Shown in pieces: positions 35,056 through 48,663 of a stretch of 64,000 nucleotides of DNA. The position numbers and the translations under genes are program-made. This DNA is from Prorocentrum cordatum (taxonomy: Eukaryota). Position 1 is the first letter of the stretch; the number at the start of each line of letters is the position of its first letter. The notes beneath the pieces were generated by a model. It was given only the letters and a program-made list of their open reading frames with translations. It was not told the DNA's origin and searched no databases. The DNA lies in contig CAUYUJ010000004.1 of the NCBI GenBank assembly GCA_963575745.1, positions 558,001 to 622,000 of the forward strand, in the 5' to 3' direction.

Positions 35056-38000
35056 AGTTAAGCGCCCCTTCCGCGCCACCAATATTTCGCCCTGTCTGCT
35101 CTCTCCCTCTCTCCTTGCGCGCGCTGTCCGCCTGACTACTTGTGCTCCCGCAACTATATAACTTTGGCTTTAGGGAAGCAGAAAAGGGGCGAGCCTGCGG
35201 CGCGCGCGCGTGCGTCGGCCGGCGGGCCGGCCTCATCCCCTTAGTGCTATTTGAGTGTATGCTTGACGTCGCTATCCCTTCTGACCCATGTTATCTGCGG
35301 AGCCCACTGACCATGATAAATAATCGGAACATATTGCAGGGATTATGAATATCCAGGCAAAAGATTGGTTATCATCCGAAACGACGGCACAGCCGTTCGC
35401 TTCGCAGAGCATGGGGTCGCAAGAAGGAGCGCTCGGGCGAAAATACCGAATGCCTTCCGAGCGTAACACAAGTATAGGCGCCTCAACGAGGCGACAACAT
35501 ATTCTTAGCCTTCCCAGTAAGAAAGCATCAAAGACTGTCTTTGACTTAACAGAAGGGGATTCAGCGGTTGATTCGGCGACAAGGTCAAGAGAACAACACT
35601 CGAGCGGAAGGTATGGCGCAGTCAAAATGTCTGCCGAGGGGCCGTCTGAGTTGGTGTCGGCACAGCTTGGCCTTCAGTCATCGGCCGACATAGATCTCGA
35701 CATTGAAACGTTGTTGGATCACATCCCCATCGAAACGCCAGGCGCCGAAAGCCAAGGCGCCGAGCGCGCAGCGCAGTATACGTTGCATGGACAGAGTGGG
35801 GATGTGGGCGACTTACAATCTGAAGGGGATAGCTCCCATTCGATAGAAAAGAACGAAGAATATGCCCGATTCCACACCTCGTCTGGTCCGTCGCGTCATC
35901 CCGATCCTCTCCCTGACCGGTGTGTCGGTCTCGCCCCTGACCGTATAACGATTGAGGTTAGTCAGAAACCCATCCTTGATTCGGACGATGACCTCGAAGA
36001 CGGAGAGAGCCCAAAGCAAAGTGGATGCTCGTCGGCACAGCCGATGTCGAGCTACCCCGACGCAGTGCGTGCAGTGAGAAATACGCGAGAAACTACAAGC
36101 ATGATTCCCCATCCGCTAACGAAGAAACCGAAGGATGAGGACGACGACTTGAACATCTCGCCCTTACTGCAGGGCTTTTACAGACCAGACTTCTCACTGC
36201 CCAGGCCAAACAGAGATAGGGTACCAGAACTTGATGAGCTCGTAATGCAGGACGAAAGAGACGACGTAGCAAGGAGCATGGACGTTGACGCCATCAAGAG
36301 AGGCGTAAGAACGAGAGAACAACACGCGCCTACTCCCAGCAGTGAAAGGGGGCGCTCCAGTGAGGCCCCCAGGGCCGGGCGCTCCAGTTCCAGAGGGTTT
36401 AATGTTTTTGATTCGCCGCGAATGTCATCGAATAGAACCGCCGGCAGCTTCTCGATGCGGGGGGGTCGCTGGAACGCCGGGCCAACGTGCCCCACTCGGG
36501 CGGGGAATTTGCGCCCGGGGAGAGCGCGCAGACCGGGGGGGTCACGTCGAGGGCCCGCGTGTTCTCAATGTTCGAATGTTTGCCCCAAATGTAGTCCAGC
36601 AAGGCTTTGCGAAGAGTGCGTCGCGATAGAAGAGCACAATTGCCATCGTATCGCGATCCAAGAGTGGGCGGAAAGAAACAGACAGGATCGGGCACAGCTT
36701 GGGACTGCGAGTGCACATATGCAACATATCATCTCTGAGGCGCAGGAAAATAAGAAGGCCGCCGAAGAGGCTCAACGACGGCTTGCGGTTTCCGAGGCTG
36801 AGAGACAAGCAATTGCACACAAGATGGATCATAAGAAAACCATCGTTGTGGAAGACGCGCAGAAACTGATGCAGCATGCTGAGGCCAACGTAGCAGGCGT
36901 TCCAGACGAAGCACGCCGGCGCCTTGCTCAAGAGGAGATTGAATGATTGAGAATCCAGAGCATAGCTGAGCAACCAGCGTCGGACTCTCAGCAGAAGGCC
37001 GAAAGAGAGAAAGCTGAATACAGAGAGAACGCTGATGCTGCGAGGAGGGAAGGAGAGAAAGAAGCCCGAGGAAAAGCAGCGCGAGAAAATCAGTGGCCCC
37101 GCAATCAACTTGAAGCCGCTGGACTCGCGACCGAAAGAGTGAAATCTGAGGCCCTGCGAGCCCTTCGAGAATAAGATCAGAAGACCCAGGCAACCAGAGG
37201 AGGGCCAGAGAAGAATGGCCGGTGCCCGGGGCCGTCTGAAGGGGCGCGCAAGAGAACATATAAGAAACAACGCCCTTGCAACTCGGGCCGCGAGCGAGGA
37301 GAGCAGGAGGCTGAGGTCTGACCTCGAGCAACGACGGATGGACAAAGAGGTCGAATCAACTCCCACGCGGCCGGCGCACGTCGAGCCGCCTCCTCGCCCA
37401 ATCGCTGCTCGCTCGCCCAATTATGGCGCCTGGCACCTCGCAAGCCCAAGCGCGATCAGGCGCTCCGAATTAGACCTGTCGAATTTGCACAAAACCTGCG
37501 ACCGAAGCGCGCAGGGGCTGTTTGAAGCACGCGCGCAGGGACCACCTGGATATGGGCACCAAACGCTGCGATGAATGCGCTCGGAGGACAACGCTAGGAT
37601 ATCAGGATGACCGCGAGAAGAGGGAAGAACCCCGAGGCATGCCTGATGACCGGCGGGCAGGCAATGATCCTGATGGAAAGGCACCGAGACACTCGGCCCC
37701 ACCTCAGGATTATGAACCCGAACGCCAGATGAGCAATCTGGCCGATATCATGGGCGTGCCAGTTTTCAAATCAGAAAGTCGGATCTTAGTAAGATGCCGA
37801 TGTTGACTGCTCCGTCGATGCCAGCGCTTCTTCTCGCAAAATCGCATTTGATTCCTGGACCGGCTATCGAGGATACCTCGGGAGCGAGCGAAGGTCCGAT
37901 GCGGGGGGGCGCCCGAGGAACGAACCCTGGAAATGCCCCTTTCAATGCGGAGATATCGGATTATCCTAACAACCTCGACTTGCCCGGGCACCTTCCCTTC

Positions 38001-39545
38001 ACCATCGGCCCAGCCGTTTCTGGCGAAGGAGGCGGAGGCCCGGGAGGCCGCGACGACGATCAGAGAGATGATCAGAGCACAGCCCCCAGCACAGGCATTA
38101 CTGTTGCGTTACAGTTTGATGAGACGGATATGTCCAAGCCACCTAGGGGCCCCCCAGGGGGTCCTGGTGGCGACGGCGACCCAGACGGAGATGGGGGTGG
38201 GGGGCCGAATGATCACGGCGAACTTACCTGGCGGCCATTTCACGCCAACCAGACGGACATACATTGGATAAGTTTTGGGAACAAGAAAGAAATAAACTTA
38301 CCCGATATACCGAGTGTCCAGACGCTCCGAGAATGGGGGCAACATTGCATGAGACGGTAGCGGGATCATGGCATGACGTTCACGCGGCACATACATGGGT
38401 CAGCGAAGCAATGGGCCCTGGCGTGCCCGGGAGAATCTTAGAAACTCAAAAGCACTGATGCGCCTTAATATGGTGATCGCCAGAAACCTGCTCGAGAAAT
38501 TCGCAAAGATGAAGCGCAACCAGCGTCTGTCAGTGCAACGTATCCATTTAGTGTCGCAGATCAATCGCATGGAACCTTCGGGTCAGATAGAAGGACGTCT
38601 CCTAACGGGCCGAGAAATGATGCGAACAATATGCGCGTGGTGTTCTGTCAGGTCGGAGAGCGGACAACACTGGATATGCCGGGACCCTCTAACTGACCAT
38701 AGATCGACAAAAGCCCAATCAGGACTCATATTATTTCTATAGTGAATGGATGGAGCGGTACCAAAATGGCACGGTGCCAGGGAACCGTCGGATGAAGTGA
38801 AGGCTTCAATACATGCGCATTTCTATGAACAGATCAGACAGGTCCCTAGGTTTGAGTCTGCCATGCAGTGGTATGGATTGTCGGCAGATCCTCCGGGCAC
38901 GGGAGTGCGCGCTTATCAATGGCTCTTGCTCCAAGTAGAATCTCTCATGCTGCGGGACAGAGAGCAGTGGGCAATCTCCGACCATGAGTCGACCCTCAAT
39001 TCCAGAAATAGACAGACCCGTCTGACAGGTGGGGCGAACGAGGGCGGGGGGGGCGGAAGAAGAGCCTCTGCTATGGCAGCGACAGTCCACCTACTAGGAC
39101 TGCCCACGGATAAGTTGGCAAGCGGAAGAACGAAAGGTGAGACAACCTGCAAGTTCGCGAAGCAAATAAATAATTGCCCCGAAGCAGGACAAGGTTGCCC
39201 CCATAATCGCAAGAAGCCCAAGACACCTGCCGCGCTGGCGCAGCCGGGAGCGGGCGGTGATACGAGAGCTGCCAGCGGAAAGACTGATCGCAGAGGCAGG
39301 AATGATAGGTCTGGGAGTAGAGGCCCGAAAGGAAGGGACAGGCCTCGCTCCTCGACTCCATCAAACAAATTCGGCAACTCGAATGCGACGCAGTCGCGAA
39401 CGAGGAGTCAGTCGGAGGTGTCGTGAGAACGCGAGCAGGATGGTGCGCTACGCATGGCCGCGAGACCCTCGCAACTGCAGGGGCCCTCAGAGTGGGCGCT
39501 ATAAGCAGCGCAGAGGCTTGGCCGATGCTGAGGAAAGGAGGAGGA
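35056..39545 (+). mobile_element. 5' part (putative LTR and decayed gag) of a second, related copia element, truncated before pol
   Basis: LTR-like 35056-35268 (GTTAAGC...GCTTGAC) and broken ORFs at 35345-39540. GVRAYQWLL..LRDREQW and TKGETTCKF..CP.AGQGCP align by eye with window positions 1-640. Confidence 0.8.
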
Positions 39546-39561
39546 GGGGCCTCTTCCTCCT

Positions 39562-39810
39562 GGGGTCAGTTGGGTCAGTTGGGCCAGTCGGGTCGATTGG
39601 GACAGTTGGGTCAGTTGAGCCAGTTGGGTCGGTTGGGCCATTTGGGCCAGTTGGGCCAAGTGGGTCAGCTGGGTCAGTTGGGGCAGATGCGCGCTCCGCT
39701 TGGCCCGCAGCATTCCGCCTGGCCTAGACTAACCCCGACTGACCCCGACTGGTCCAACTGACCCAACGGACCCCGACTGGCGCAACTGACCCAACTGACC
39801 CTGACTGGTG
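39562..39810. repeat. Foldback of 9-bp CAGTTGGGT/C repeats and their inverse
   Basis: Forward array at 39562-39682 and inverse ACCCAACTG-type array at ~39728-39810. Confidence 0.75.
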
Positions 39811-40575
39811 CAAACGATTACCGGCCCATCCTTTTTTTTTATTTTTTGCATCCGCGACTTCAAGTGGTCCAATTGACCCCAACTAGTGTAATCAGTTATC
39901 GGTCCCCTTTGGCGCCCACACTATCTGGTTGCCCCATGCTGGCTACCTTCTTTTTGGCGGGGTGGCGATGCTATCTATGTACGCGTTACCACATGCCTGG
40001 CCATGGTCATTTTGTGCCCCGCTTTGCAGGCCCTCCTGGCCTCGGCCAGGACGGGCGTATACCAGGGTGGCCCTAGCCAAGTATGGTGGTGGTGGTGGTG
40101 GAACGATGCGTTCTTCGCAGAACATTCCTCAGGTATGGGGGGCCTTGTATTTTAGAGGGGACGCTCCTCTCGTAGAGTCGCCTCGCGCTCTGGAGGCTCC
40201 CTCCCTGCCCTCGGCCCCCGCTGCTCGCCTGCTCGCCGCCAGCCCTTCTCGGCACCATCCTGGCCAGCTCTGTCGCCATCCCCCCCCGGCCACCTACCGT
40301 CGCCATCGCCGTCGTCGCCTTCGCCGCCTTCGCTGCCGTCGCAGTCGCCGCAGCCTTCGCCGCCGCCGCCGTAGTTGCGCCGCCGTCGCCACCGTTGCCG
40401 CCGTGGCCCTGGCCATCGCTGGTCGTGGCTGGCGTGGCTCGAGCACCTGCGAGCGGGAGTGCGGAGCCATGGCCTCGGGTACCGCGGCGGCACACAGGAG
40501 GCCGGCGTCGCGTGTGCCGATGTGGCCCCGTTGGCCGAGAGGGAGAGAGGGGAACGAGGAGCGCGTGGAGGGGGA

Positions 40576-40633
<58 letters not shown>

Positions 40634-40784
40634 CTGATGCTGATGCTGATGCTGATGATGATGATGGTGATGGTGATGGTGATGGTGATGGTGATGATGA
40701 TGATGATGATGATGGTGATGGTGATGGTGATGATGGTGATGGTGATGGTGATGGTGATGGTGATGGTGATGATGTGATGGTGAT

Positions 40785-40819
<35 letters not shown>

Positions 40820-41214
40820 GTGATGGTGATGGTGATGGTGATGATGATGATGATGATGATTACGATGATGATGACAATGATAATGATAATGATGATGCTG
40901 ATGCTGATGCTGATGCTGATGCTGATACTGATGATGATGACGATGATGATGATGCTGATGCTGATGTTGATGCTGATGCTGATAATGATGATTCTGATGA
41001 TGATGGTGATGATGATGATAATGATGATCCTGATAGTGATGATGATGGTGGTGGTGATGATGATGATGATGATGGTGACGGTGATGGTGATGGTCATGGT
41101 GATGGTGGTGGTGATTTCGATGATGCTGATGCTGATTCTGATAGTGATGATGATGCCGATGACGATGATGACGATGATGATGACGATGCTGATGATGATG
41201 ACGATGATGATGAC

Positions 41215-41246
<32 letters not shown>

Positions 41247-41384
41247 GAATGATGGTATCTGATGGTGCTGATGATGAATGGCGATGATGGTGATGATGAT
41301 GACGATGATGCTGATGATGGTGCTGCTCATGACGACAATGATGAGGATAATGACGATGATGATGATGATGATGATGACGATGAC

Positions 41385-41423
<39 letters not shown>

Positions 41424-41424
41424 A

Positions 41425-41461
<37 letters not shown>

Positions 41462-41468
41462 CGATGAC

Positions 41469-41503
<35 letters not shown>

Positions 41504-41796
41504 CTACGATGATGCATGTATGATGCTGCTGATGATGATGGTGATGATGGTGATGATAGTGATACTGGAGGAGGAGGAGGAGGAGGAGGGCGGATGGAGA
41601 CAAGATGGGGGAGGAGGAGGAGGAGGAGGAGGAGGAAGAGGAGAAAAAGGAGGAGGAGGCGGGATGGAGGAGGGAGGGCGATGGTGAAGGGATGGAGAAG
41701 CGATGCTGGTGAGTTTGGTGATACTTTTATTGATGGTGATGGTGATGGTGATGGTGATGGTGATGATGATGGTGGTGCTGATGATGATGATGATAT

Positions 41797-41831
<35 letters not shown>

Positions 41832-42790
41832 GTGATGGTGATGGTGATGGTGATGGTGATGGTGATGATGATGATGATGGTTATAATGATTAGAGTATGA
41901 CGATGATGATGATCAGCATCATCACCATGATGGTAATACTGCTTATTATGATGATGCTGATGCTGCTGCTCATGATGAAATGTATGTTGATGTTGATGGG
42001 AAATTCGGATGGTGGTGACGATGCTGATGATCATTGTTCTGATTATGGTGGTAATGATGTTGATGATGATTATGATGATTACTACTGTCCTGCTGCTGAT
42101 GGTGATGGTGATGACGATGGCGATAACGGCGATGATTCCGATTCCGATTCCGATTGTGATGGTGATGGTCTCGACGTTGATGCTGGTGATGATTATGACA
42201 CCGATGACTGTGATAATGACGATGCTGATGACGATGTTGACGATTATGGCGATGATGATGAGGAGGATGATGAGGATGTTGCGGATGACGAGGATGATGA
42301 TGACGATTAGGATGATGATTATGATGATGATGACGATGCTGATGCTGATGATGATGATGACTACTGCGATGTTGTTGCTGCTGATGATGAGGGTGATGAC
42401 CATGGTGCTGCTCTTGTTGCTGTTGGTGATGTTCATGATTATTATTATGATGATGACGATGACGATGATGATGCTGTTGCTGATGATGATACTGCTGCTG
42501 CAGATGATGCCAAATACGATTGTTGTGGGCTGGTTGAGATAATGACGGAGGCGGCGGCGGTGGTGATGATGATGATAATGATGATGGCGACGACGTCGAT
42601 GATGATGATGATGATGATGATGAGGAGGAGGAGGAGGAGGAGGAGGACGACGACGACGAAGATGACGACGACGACGACGATTACGATATTGTTATTGCTG
42701 TGGAGGGTGGTGGCGATTACGAGGACGAGGATGAGGAGGAGGAGGATCAGGAGGAGCTGGAGGAGGAGCAGGAGGAAGAGGATGGGGAGG
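40576..42790. repeat. Long cryptic (GAT)n microsatellite with GAG/GAC patches
   Basis: Directly visible in the sequence. Confidence 0.95.
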
Positions 42791-43987
42791 GGTGCGCTGG
42801 AGGTGACGGAGCATGGAAGGATGAGTCGGAGAAGGATGCCGGGGGGGGGGGGAGGGGGAGGCCTCAGGCGGCCGCGGAGGAGCACGTCGGTATCACGGGG
42901 CGGCGGCCTCCCGGCGTGGGCGGCTCGACGTCAGCGGCTGGCCGCCGCCACGGGGGCGCGGAGCTGCTGCTGGAGGCGGCCGCCGCCCGCCGCCGCGGCG
43001 GGGGCCTCCGCCTCCGCCTGCCCGCGCGTCGCGTCCTCTGCGGCCTCGGCCGCCTTCTTCCTTGTCCGCCCCGGCCTCGGCCTCGGCCTCTTGATGCGGT
43101 GCAGAGGCACCGTGTCAAGAGGACGAGGGAGGGCAAGCCACCGCGACAGTGGCTGATTTTGTCATCCCCTCCCCCTCCCTCCGTGTCATCTAGCGTTCGC
43201 GTTCGGGCGACTTGGACGCTTTCCCGCTTGTCTCTCTCTCCCCCTCTCTCTCCCTCACGCTCCTCCACCAGCCGCCGCTGCTCGCCGAGGGCCGCCCGCC
43301 CTCCTGGGGCGGGTGGGGCCTCCCGCAGGGAGGGGCGCCGCGCCCCGTGCCCACAGGCGGCCAGGAGTTGGAGACCCCCTGGGCGCAGTGCAGGACGGAG
43401 CAGCACGGCGGGCCCCTGAGCTTCTCACCGGTCGGTCCAGCTCGACGAAGAGCGTATGCATTGCAAGGGATGGTACCGAGAGCTCCGAGCGTGTTTTCGT
43501 TCACGATGCAGTGTCCCTCTACGACGTCGGATCTCGAGTTGGAGAGACCCATTGGGCGCCGTGCGGAACAAAGCATCACGACGGGCCCCTGAGCTGCTCA
43601 CCGATCGGTCCAGCTCGACTAAATACAGTCGGCCCAGATTTGTAGGTCGACCCTGCCAAATCAAGGGTACCCTTGTGTCCTGTGTTTTCGCGACCCATGA
43701 TTCCTACATTCCTGTGGCAATGTGGCCTTCGGAAGGGTCTTGTGTCCTCTCGCGTGTCCTGTCCAATCGAGTCCGACTGTTGCGTATACGTTGTAACGGA
43801 TGGTGCCGAGAGCTCCAACCTTTTTTTCCCAACCCTCCTGCGTTGGGTACTCGTTTTGAATAGAGCACTGCGGTCTCCACTCCTTCCTCCCGCCTCCCTC
43901 CACCTCTCTTCCCTCCTCCTCTCCCCTCTCTTGCTTCCCTTCTCCTATCTTCCCTCCTCCTCTCCTCCCTTGCTCCTCTCTTCCCTC

Positions 43988-45017
43988 CACCTCGCCATCC
44001 CTGGGTGGCTGCGATCTGTGAAACTGTCACTTTCGAGGGCTGCTGCGGGGCGAGCAGAGTGACGTCTTACGGGGCTTCAGATTAGACCTCGCCATCGCTG
44101 GGGGGCTGCGATCCGTGAAACTGTCGCCACTTTCGAGGGCTGGTGAGGGGTCCAGCACAGTGGGTACTCACCGCAGACTCAGATTAGACCTCGCCATCCC
44201 TGGGGGGTTGCGATCTGTGAAACTGTCGCCACTTTCGAGGGCTGCTGAGGGGCACAGCACAGTGGGTACTCACCGCAGACTCAAATTAGACCTCGCCATC
44301 CCTGTGGGGCTGCGATTTGTGAAGCTGTCGCCACTTTCGAGGGATGCTGAAGGGGCCCAGCACAGTGGGTACTCACCGCAGACTCAGATTAGACCTCGCC
44401 ATCCTTGGGGGGCTGCGATCTGTGGAACTGTCGCCACTTTCGAGGGCTGCTGAGGAGCCCAGCACAGTGGGTACTCACCGCAGACTCAAATTAGACCTCG
44501 CCATCCCGGGGGGGCTGCGATCTGCGAAACTGTCGCCACTTTCGAGGGCTGCTGAGGGGTCCAGCACACTGGGTACTCACCGCAGATTCAGATTAGACCT
44601 CGCCATCCTTGGGGGGCTGCGATCTGTGAAATTGTCGCCACTTTCGAGGGATGCTGAAGGGGCCCAGCACAGTGGGTACTCACCGCAGACTCAAATTAGA
44701 CCTCGCCATCCTTGGGGGGCTGCGATCTGTGAAGCTCGAGGGCTGCTGAGGGGCCCAGCACAGTGGGTACTCACCGCAGACTCAGATTAGACCTCGCCAT
44801 CCTTGGGGGGCTGCGATCTGTGGAACTGTCGCCACTTTCGAGGGCTGCTGAGGGGCCCAGCACAGTGGGTACTCACCGCAGATTCAGATTAGACCTCGCC
44901 ATCCCTGGGGGGCTGCGATTTGTGGAATTGTCGCCAATTTCGAGGGCTACTGAGGGGCCCAGCACAGTGGGTACTCACCGCAGATTCAGATTAGACCTCG
45001 CCATCCCTGGGGGGCTG
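43988..45017. repeat. ~102-bp minisatellite, ~10 copies
   Basis: ATTAGACCTCGCCATCC... recurs at 44081, 44183, 44285, 44388 and onward. Confidence 0.95.
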
Positions 45018-45829
45018 TTGGGTTCTCGTTTTGAATAGAGCAGTGCGGTCGCGTCTCCTCCTCCTCCTCCTCCTTCTCCCGCCCCCTCTCCGCTCTCCTC
45101 CCTTCTCCCCTCCTCCTCTACTCTCCCCTCCTGCATCGTACCTCGCTCGTCGCTGCGTGCCAGCTTAACAAGCCTTGAGACCTACTCCTCGTCTTATCGA
45201 TTGCTGTTCTGTGAGTCGTGCAACATTACGCATCCCATGTAGGTCGCACTACAAATCGCCGCGCCTGCACTGTCACGGTTCCTGCTAATGTTTCCCTGCT
45301 CCGCTTGCCACTTGATTCCATTGGGTTGGGTACGTCGCAGGGTAATTGTTCACAATGCATTGTCCCTTTACGACGTCGGATCTCGAGCGGGTTGAGCAGA
45401 TCGATGCGGGGTGGGGTGGGGGTCTCCACGAGATTATCAGCGTTCCGATCAGAGCCTTTGGTTTCCCTATCGCCAACTTTCTTACCGACAGACGTAAGGC
45501 GAAGCTCAGGGGCTTCAGGGTAAAGCAGTTCTGGTTAGGGGCATGAGAACTATTTCATTGATAGTTCCGCTCCTTGCGCCTTGATCTCCCTCGGTGAGGT
45601 AATTGGCTGGAATGTGCTCTACCTGAAGGTGCCCATCGAACCAGTCAATGGCGCACGATTTCGAGCTTCTGCGGCAGTGCGGGAGCGATTAATTCATGGC
45701 TTGATCAACCTGTGCAAGAGCGAATGGTGAAAGGTGCCCAGTGCCACGCGGAAAGCAGTAGCGTGCCAGCAGAGCGCACGGCCTCGAACGACGAATTTGT
45801 CAGCACCGAGTGGACGCGCCGCATCGCTG

Positions 45830-46002
45830 CGGTCTGAGTAGATGGGGTCGGAGGATCGCTTCGCATCGGCAATGCATCGGCGATCCGGCTCGAAGTGGAG
45901 CCCGATTTTCTCCACGCCGGCGTCGTCGATACATCGCCGACGTCGCCGATGTGGCGCGATCCTCCGACCCCATCTGCTCGGACCCCATCTAGGGGGCCTC
46001 TA
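45830..46002. mobile_element. MITE-like palindromic element, copy 1
   Basis: AGATGGGGTCGGAGGATCGC ... GCGATCCTCCGACCCCATCT inverted repeats; related copy at 49449-49641. Confidence 0.75.
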
Positions 46003-46175
46003 TGCTGCAGCTGCTCTCGAATTACTGGTGTGGGCGGGCAGGGCCATAGCCCTGTCGGTTCAAGGGCTGCCTGCCTTCGTTGCCCTGCTCGTGCCTCTCC
46101 TGGCTGGCGCGGGCTCGGCGCGCATGCGCGCGGCGCCTGCCCTGCGCACCGGCGGAGGCCCCCCTTTGAGGCTCA

Positions 46176-47628
46176 GGGGCAACGACAGGGGGGGATAGGC
46201 ATACCAAGGGATGCATCGAGGCAACCGCTGGTTTCGCCGACGGCTGGTTTCGCCGCAGGGCGAAACCAGCTGCCGTCGGCGAAATCAGCTTCCGTCGACG
46301 AAACCAGCTGCCGTCGGCGAAACCAGCTGCCGGCGAAACGAGCTGCCGTTGGCGAAACTGCCCGATCCGACCGGCCCGCTAGGGTCCGCCCGCCCGACCC
46401 AACCCGCCCGTTAGGGTTCGCGCGTGCTGGGTCGAGCGTCGCCCCACACACTTTATTGTCCCGCCTGCCCGACCCGACCCGCCCGTTAGGGTTCGCCCGC
46501 CCGGCCCGACCCGACCCGCCCGCTAGGGTCCGCCCGACCCGACCCGACCCGCCCGCTAGGATCCGCCCGCCCGACCCGACCCGCCCGTTATGATTCGGGC
46601 GTGTTCGGTCGAACGTGCCCCCCACACTTCAATGTCCCGCCCGACCCGACCCGCCCGTTAGGGTCCGCCCGCCCGACCCGACCCGACTCGCTTGCTGGGG
46701 TCCGCTCGCCCGACCCAACCCGCTCGCGCGTGCTCGGTCGAGCGTGCCATGCACTGATGTCCCGCCCGCTCTACCCGCCCGTGAAGGTCCGCCCGACCCG
46801 ACCCGACCCGACCCGACCCGCTCGTTAGGGTCCGCCCGCCCGACCCGACCCGCCCGTTAGGGTCCGCGCGCGAACTCGGTCGAGCGCTCCCCGCAGTTTA
46901 ATGTCCCGCCCGCCCGACCCGACCCGTTAGGGTCCGCCCGCCCGACCCGACCCGCTCGCGCGTGCTCGGTCGAGTTTGCCCTACACTTCAATGTCCCGCC
47001 GGCCCGACCCGACCCGTCCGTTAGAAGGGTCCGCCCGCCCGACCCGACCCGACCCGCTCGCTAGGGTCCGCCCGCCCGACCCGACCCGCCCGTTAGGGTT
47101 CGCGCGTGCTCGGTTGAGCGCGCCCCACACTTTAATGTCCCGCCCGACCTGACCCGCTCGTTAGGGTCCGACACCCGACGCCCGACGACGACGGCGATGA
47201 CGACGCCGACGACGACGGCGGCGGTGGTGGCGGTGACGCCGACGCGAACGGCGACAACGGCGTCGGCAAAAGCAGCGCCAGCGAAACCAGCGCCGGCAAA
47301 ACCAGCCGCCGGCGAAACCAACGAGGCGAAACCAACTGGGCGAAACCATCGCCAGCGAAACCAGCGCCAGCGAAACCAGCCGTCGGCGAAACCAGCGGGG
47401 CGAAACCAGCGCCAGCGGCACCAGCGCCAGCGAAACCAGCGCCAGCGAAACCAGCTCATGCCTGCATCGACCGATCGCCCATTGATCGCTGATAGGGGCC
47501 CGATAGCTCCAAATTGCACAGGAAGGTGCGAATTCACTACCAGGGGCGAAGCGGCGATCTATCGGCGATGTATCGCTGATTCCAGGTCGATGCTTCCCCC
47601 CTATGCCAGTCCCCCCCATCGTTGCCCC
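46176..47628. mobile_element. Non-autonomous TIR element (PIF/Harbinger-like ends) filled with tandem repeats
   Basis: ~45-bp imperfect TIRs GGGGCAACGA..GGGGGGA..GGCATA....GGGA.GCATCGA, with TCA/TTA flanks. Internal GCGAAACCA repeats and CCCGACCCGACCCGCCCGTTAGGGTCCG repeats. Confidence 0.75.
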
Positions 47629-47649
47629 TTAGAGGCGGTGCTCGACGGG

Positions 47650-48663
47650 ATGGACCTGCAGGCCAACCCCGTCAACGAGATCCTGTACTGCAGCTTCAAC
47701 CAGGATTTCACCTGCTTCGTCTGCGGCACCGAGACTGGCTTCCGCGTCTACGCGACGGACCCGTTCCGTCTGACCCACAAGCGGGATTTCGAGAGTGGGG
47801 GCACCGGGGTCATCGCGATGCTCTTCCGCACCAATATTCTTGCTTTCGCTGGGGGCGGAAAAAACCCACGTGTGCAGCCGCACAAGGTCGTGCTGTGGGA
47901 CGACCGTGAAGCGAGGGCCATCGCGGAACTCAGCTTCCGGCACCCGGTTAAGTCGGTTAGGCTCCGAAGAGACCTAATCGTCATCGTGGTGGAGAACAAG
48001 GTCTTCGTCTATGGTTTCCGCAGTTTGAGTTTGCTGGACTCCATTGAGACCGCTAGCAACCCGAAGGGTCTGTGCTGCTTATCTGTGGGCGCCGACAGGG
48101 TCGTGCTCGTGTGCCCTGGGGCGCAGCAGGGCAAGGCCCTCGTGGTGCTGTACCCGCGGGGGCTGGGCGACATGCACGCGCCCGTGCCGCGCGAGAGGAC
48201 CGTAAACATCTCCGCGCACGAGTCGGCGATCGCTGCCATGGTCACGGACTACGACGGTACCATGCTCGCTACGGCCTCTGGCAAGGGCACCGTCCTCCGC
48301 GTCTACGATACAGCGGCAGCCTCGGCCGCGTCCCAGCCTCTGCAGGAGCTTCGTCGCGGTGCTGATCGGGCGGAGATCCATTCGTTGTGTTTCAGCCCCT
48401 GCGGGGACTTTCTTGCCGTGGCCTCCGACAAGGGAACTGTGCACATATTCGCGGTGAGCGCACAGGCGCGCAGCGTGCAGGTCCAGGCGGCGGGGAGCAA
48501 CGCGAAGTCGAGCCTGCACCACCTGTCCAGCGTCCTCCCCTCTTACTTCTCCAGCGAGTGGAGCCTGGCGCGGTTCCGCGTCCCAGACTACCGGTGCATC
48601 GCTGCCTTCGGGAGGGACCCGAACACAGTGGTGGTGCTGTGCGCCAACGGGTCCTACTACAAG
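47650..48663 (+). CDS. ATG18: Autophagy PROPPIN ATG18/WIPI3-like WD40 protein, main exon
   Basis: SFNQDFTCFVCGTETGFRVY, MLFRTNILAF, ETASNPKGLC, LATASGKGTVLRVYD, ELRRGAD (phosphoinositide-binding L/FRRG), SDKGTVHIF and LPSYFSSEWS. The start could alternatively be an acceptor just upstream. Confidence 0.93.

Noticed and set aside
40073..43160. Poly-Asp/Met/Ile/His ORFs
   Set aside because: Translations of (GAT)n; no domain evidence.
43988..45017. CRISPR-like array or repeat protein
   Set aside because: Plain tandem minisatellite with frame-breaking indels.
46370..47170. Interstitial telomere
   Set aside because: TTAGGG occurs singly within a longer unit, not as tandem telomeric repeats.
47197..47649. 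N-terminal extension of the 502-aa ATG18 ORF
   Set aside because: Lies within the TIR element's repeats; homology starts near Met 47650.
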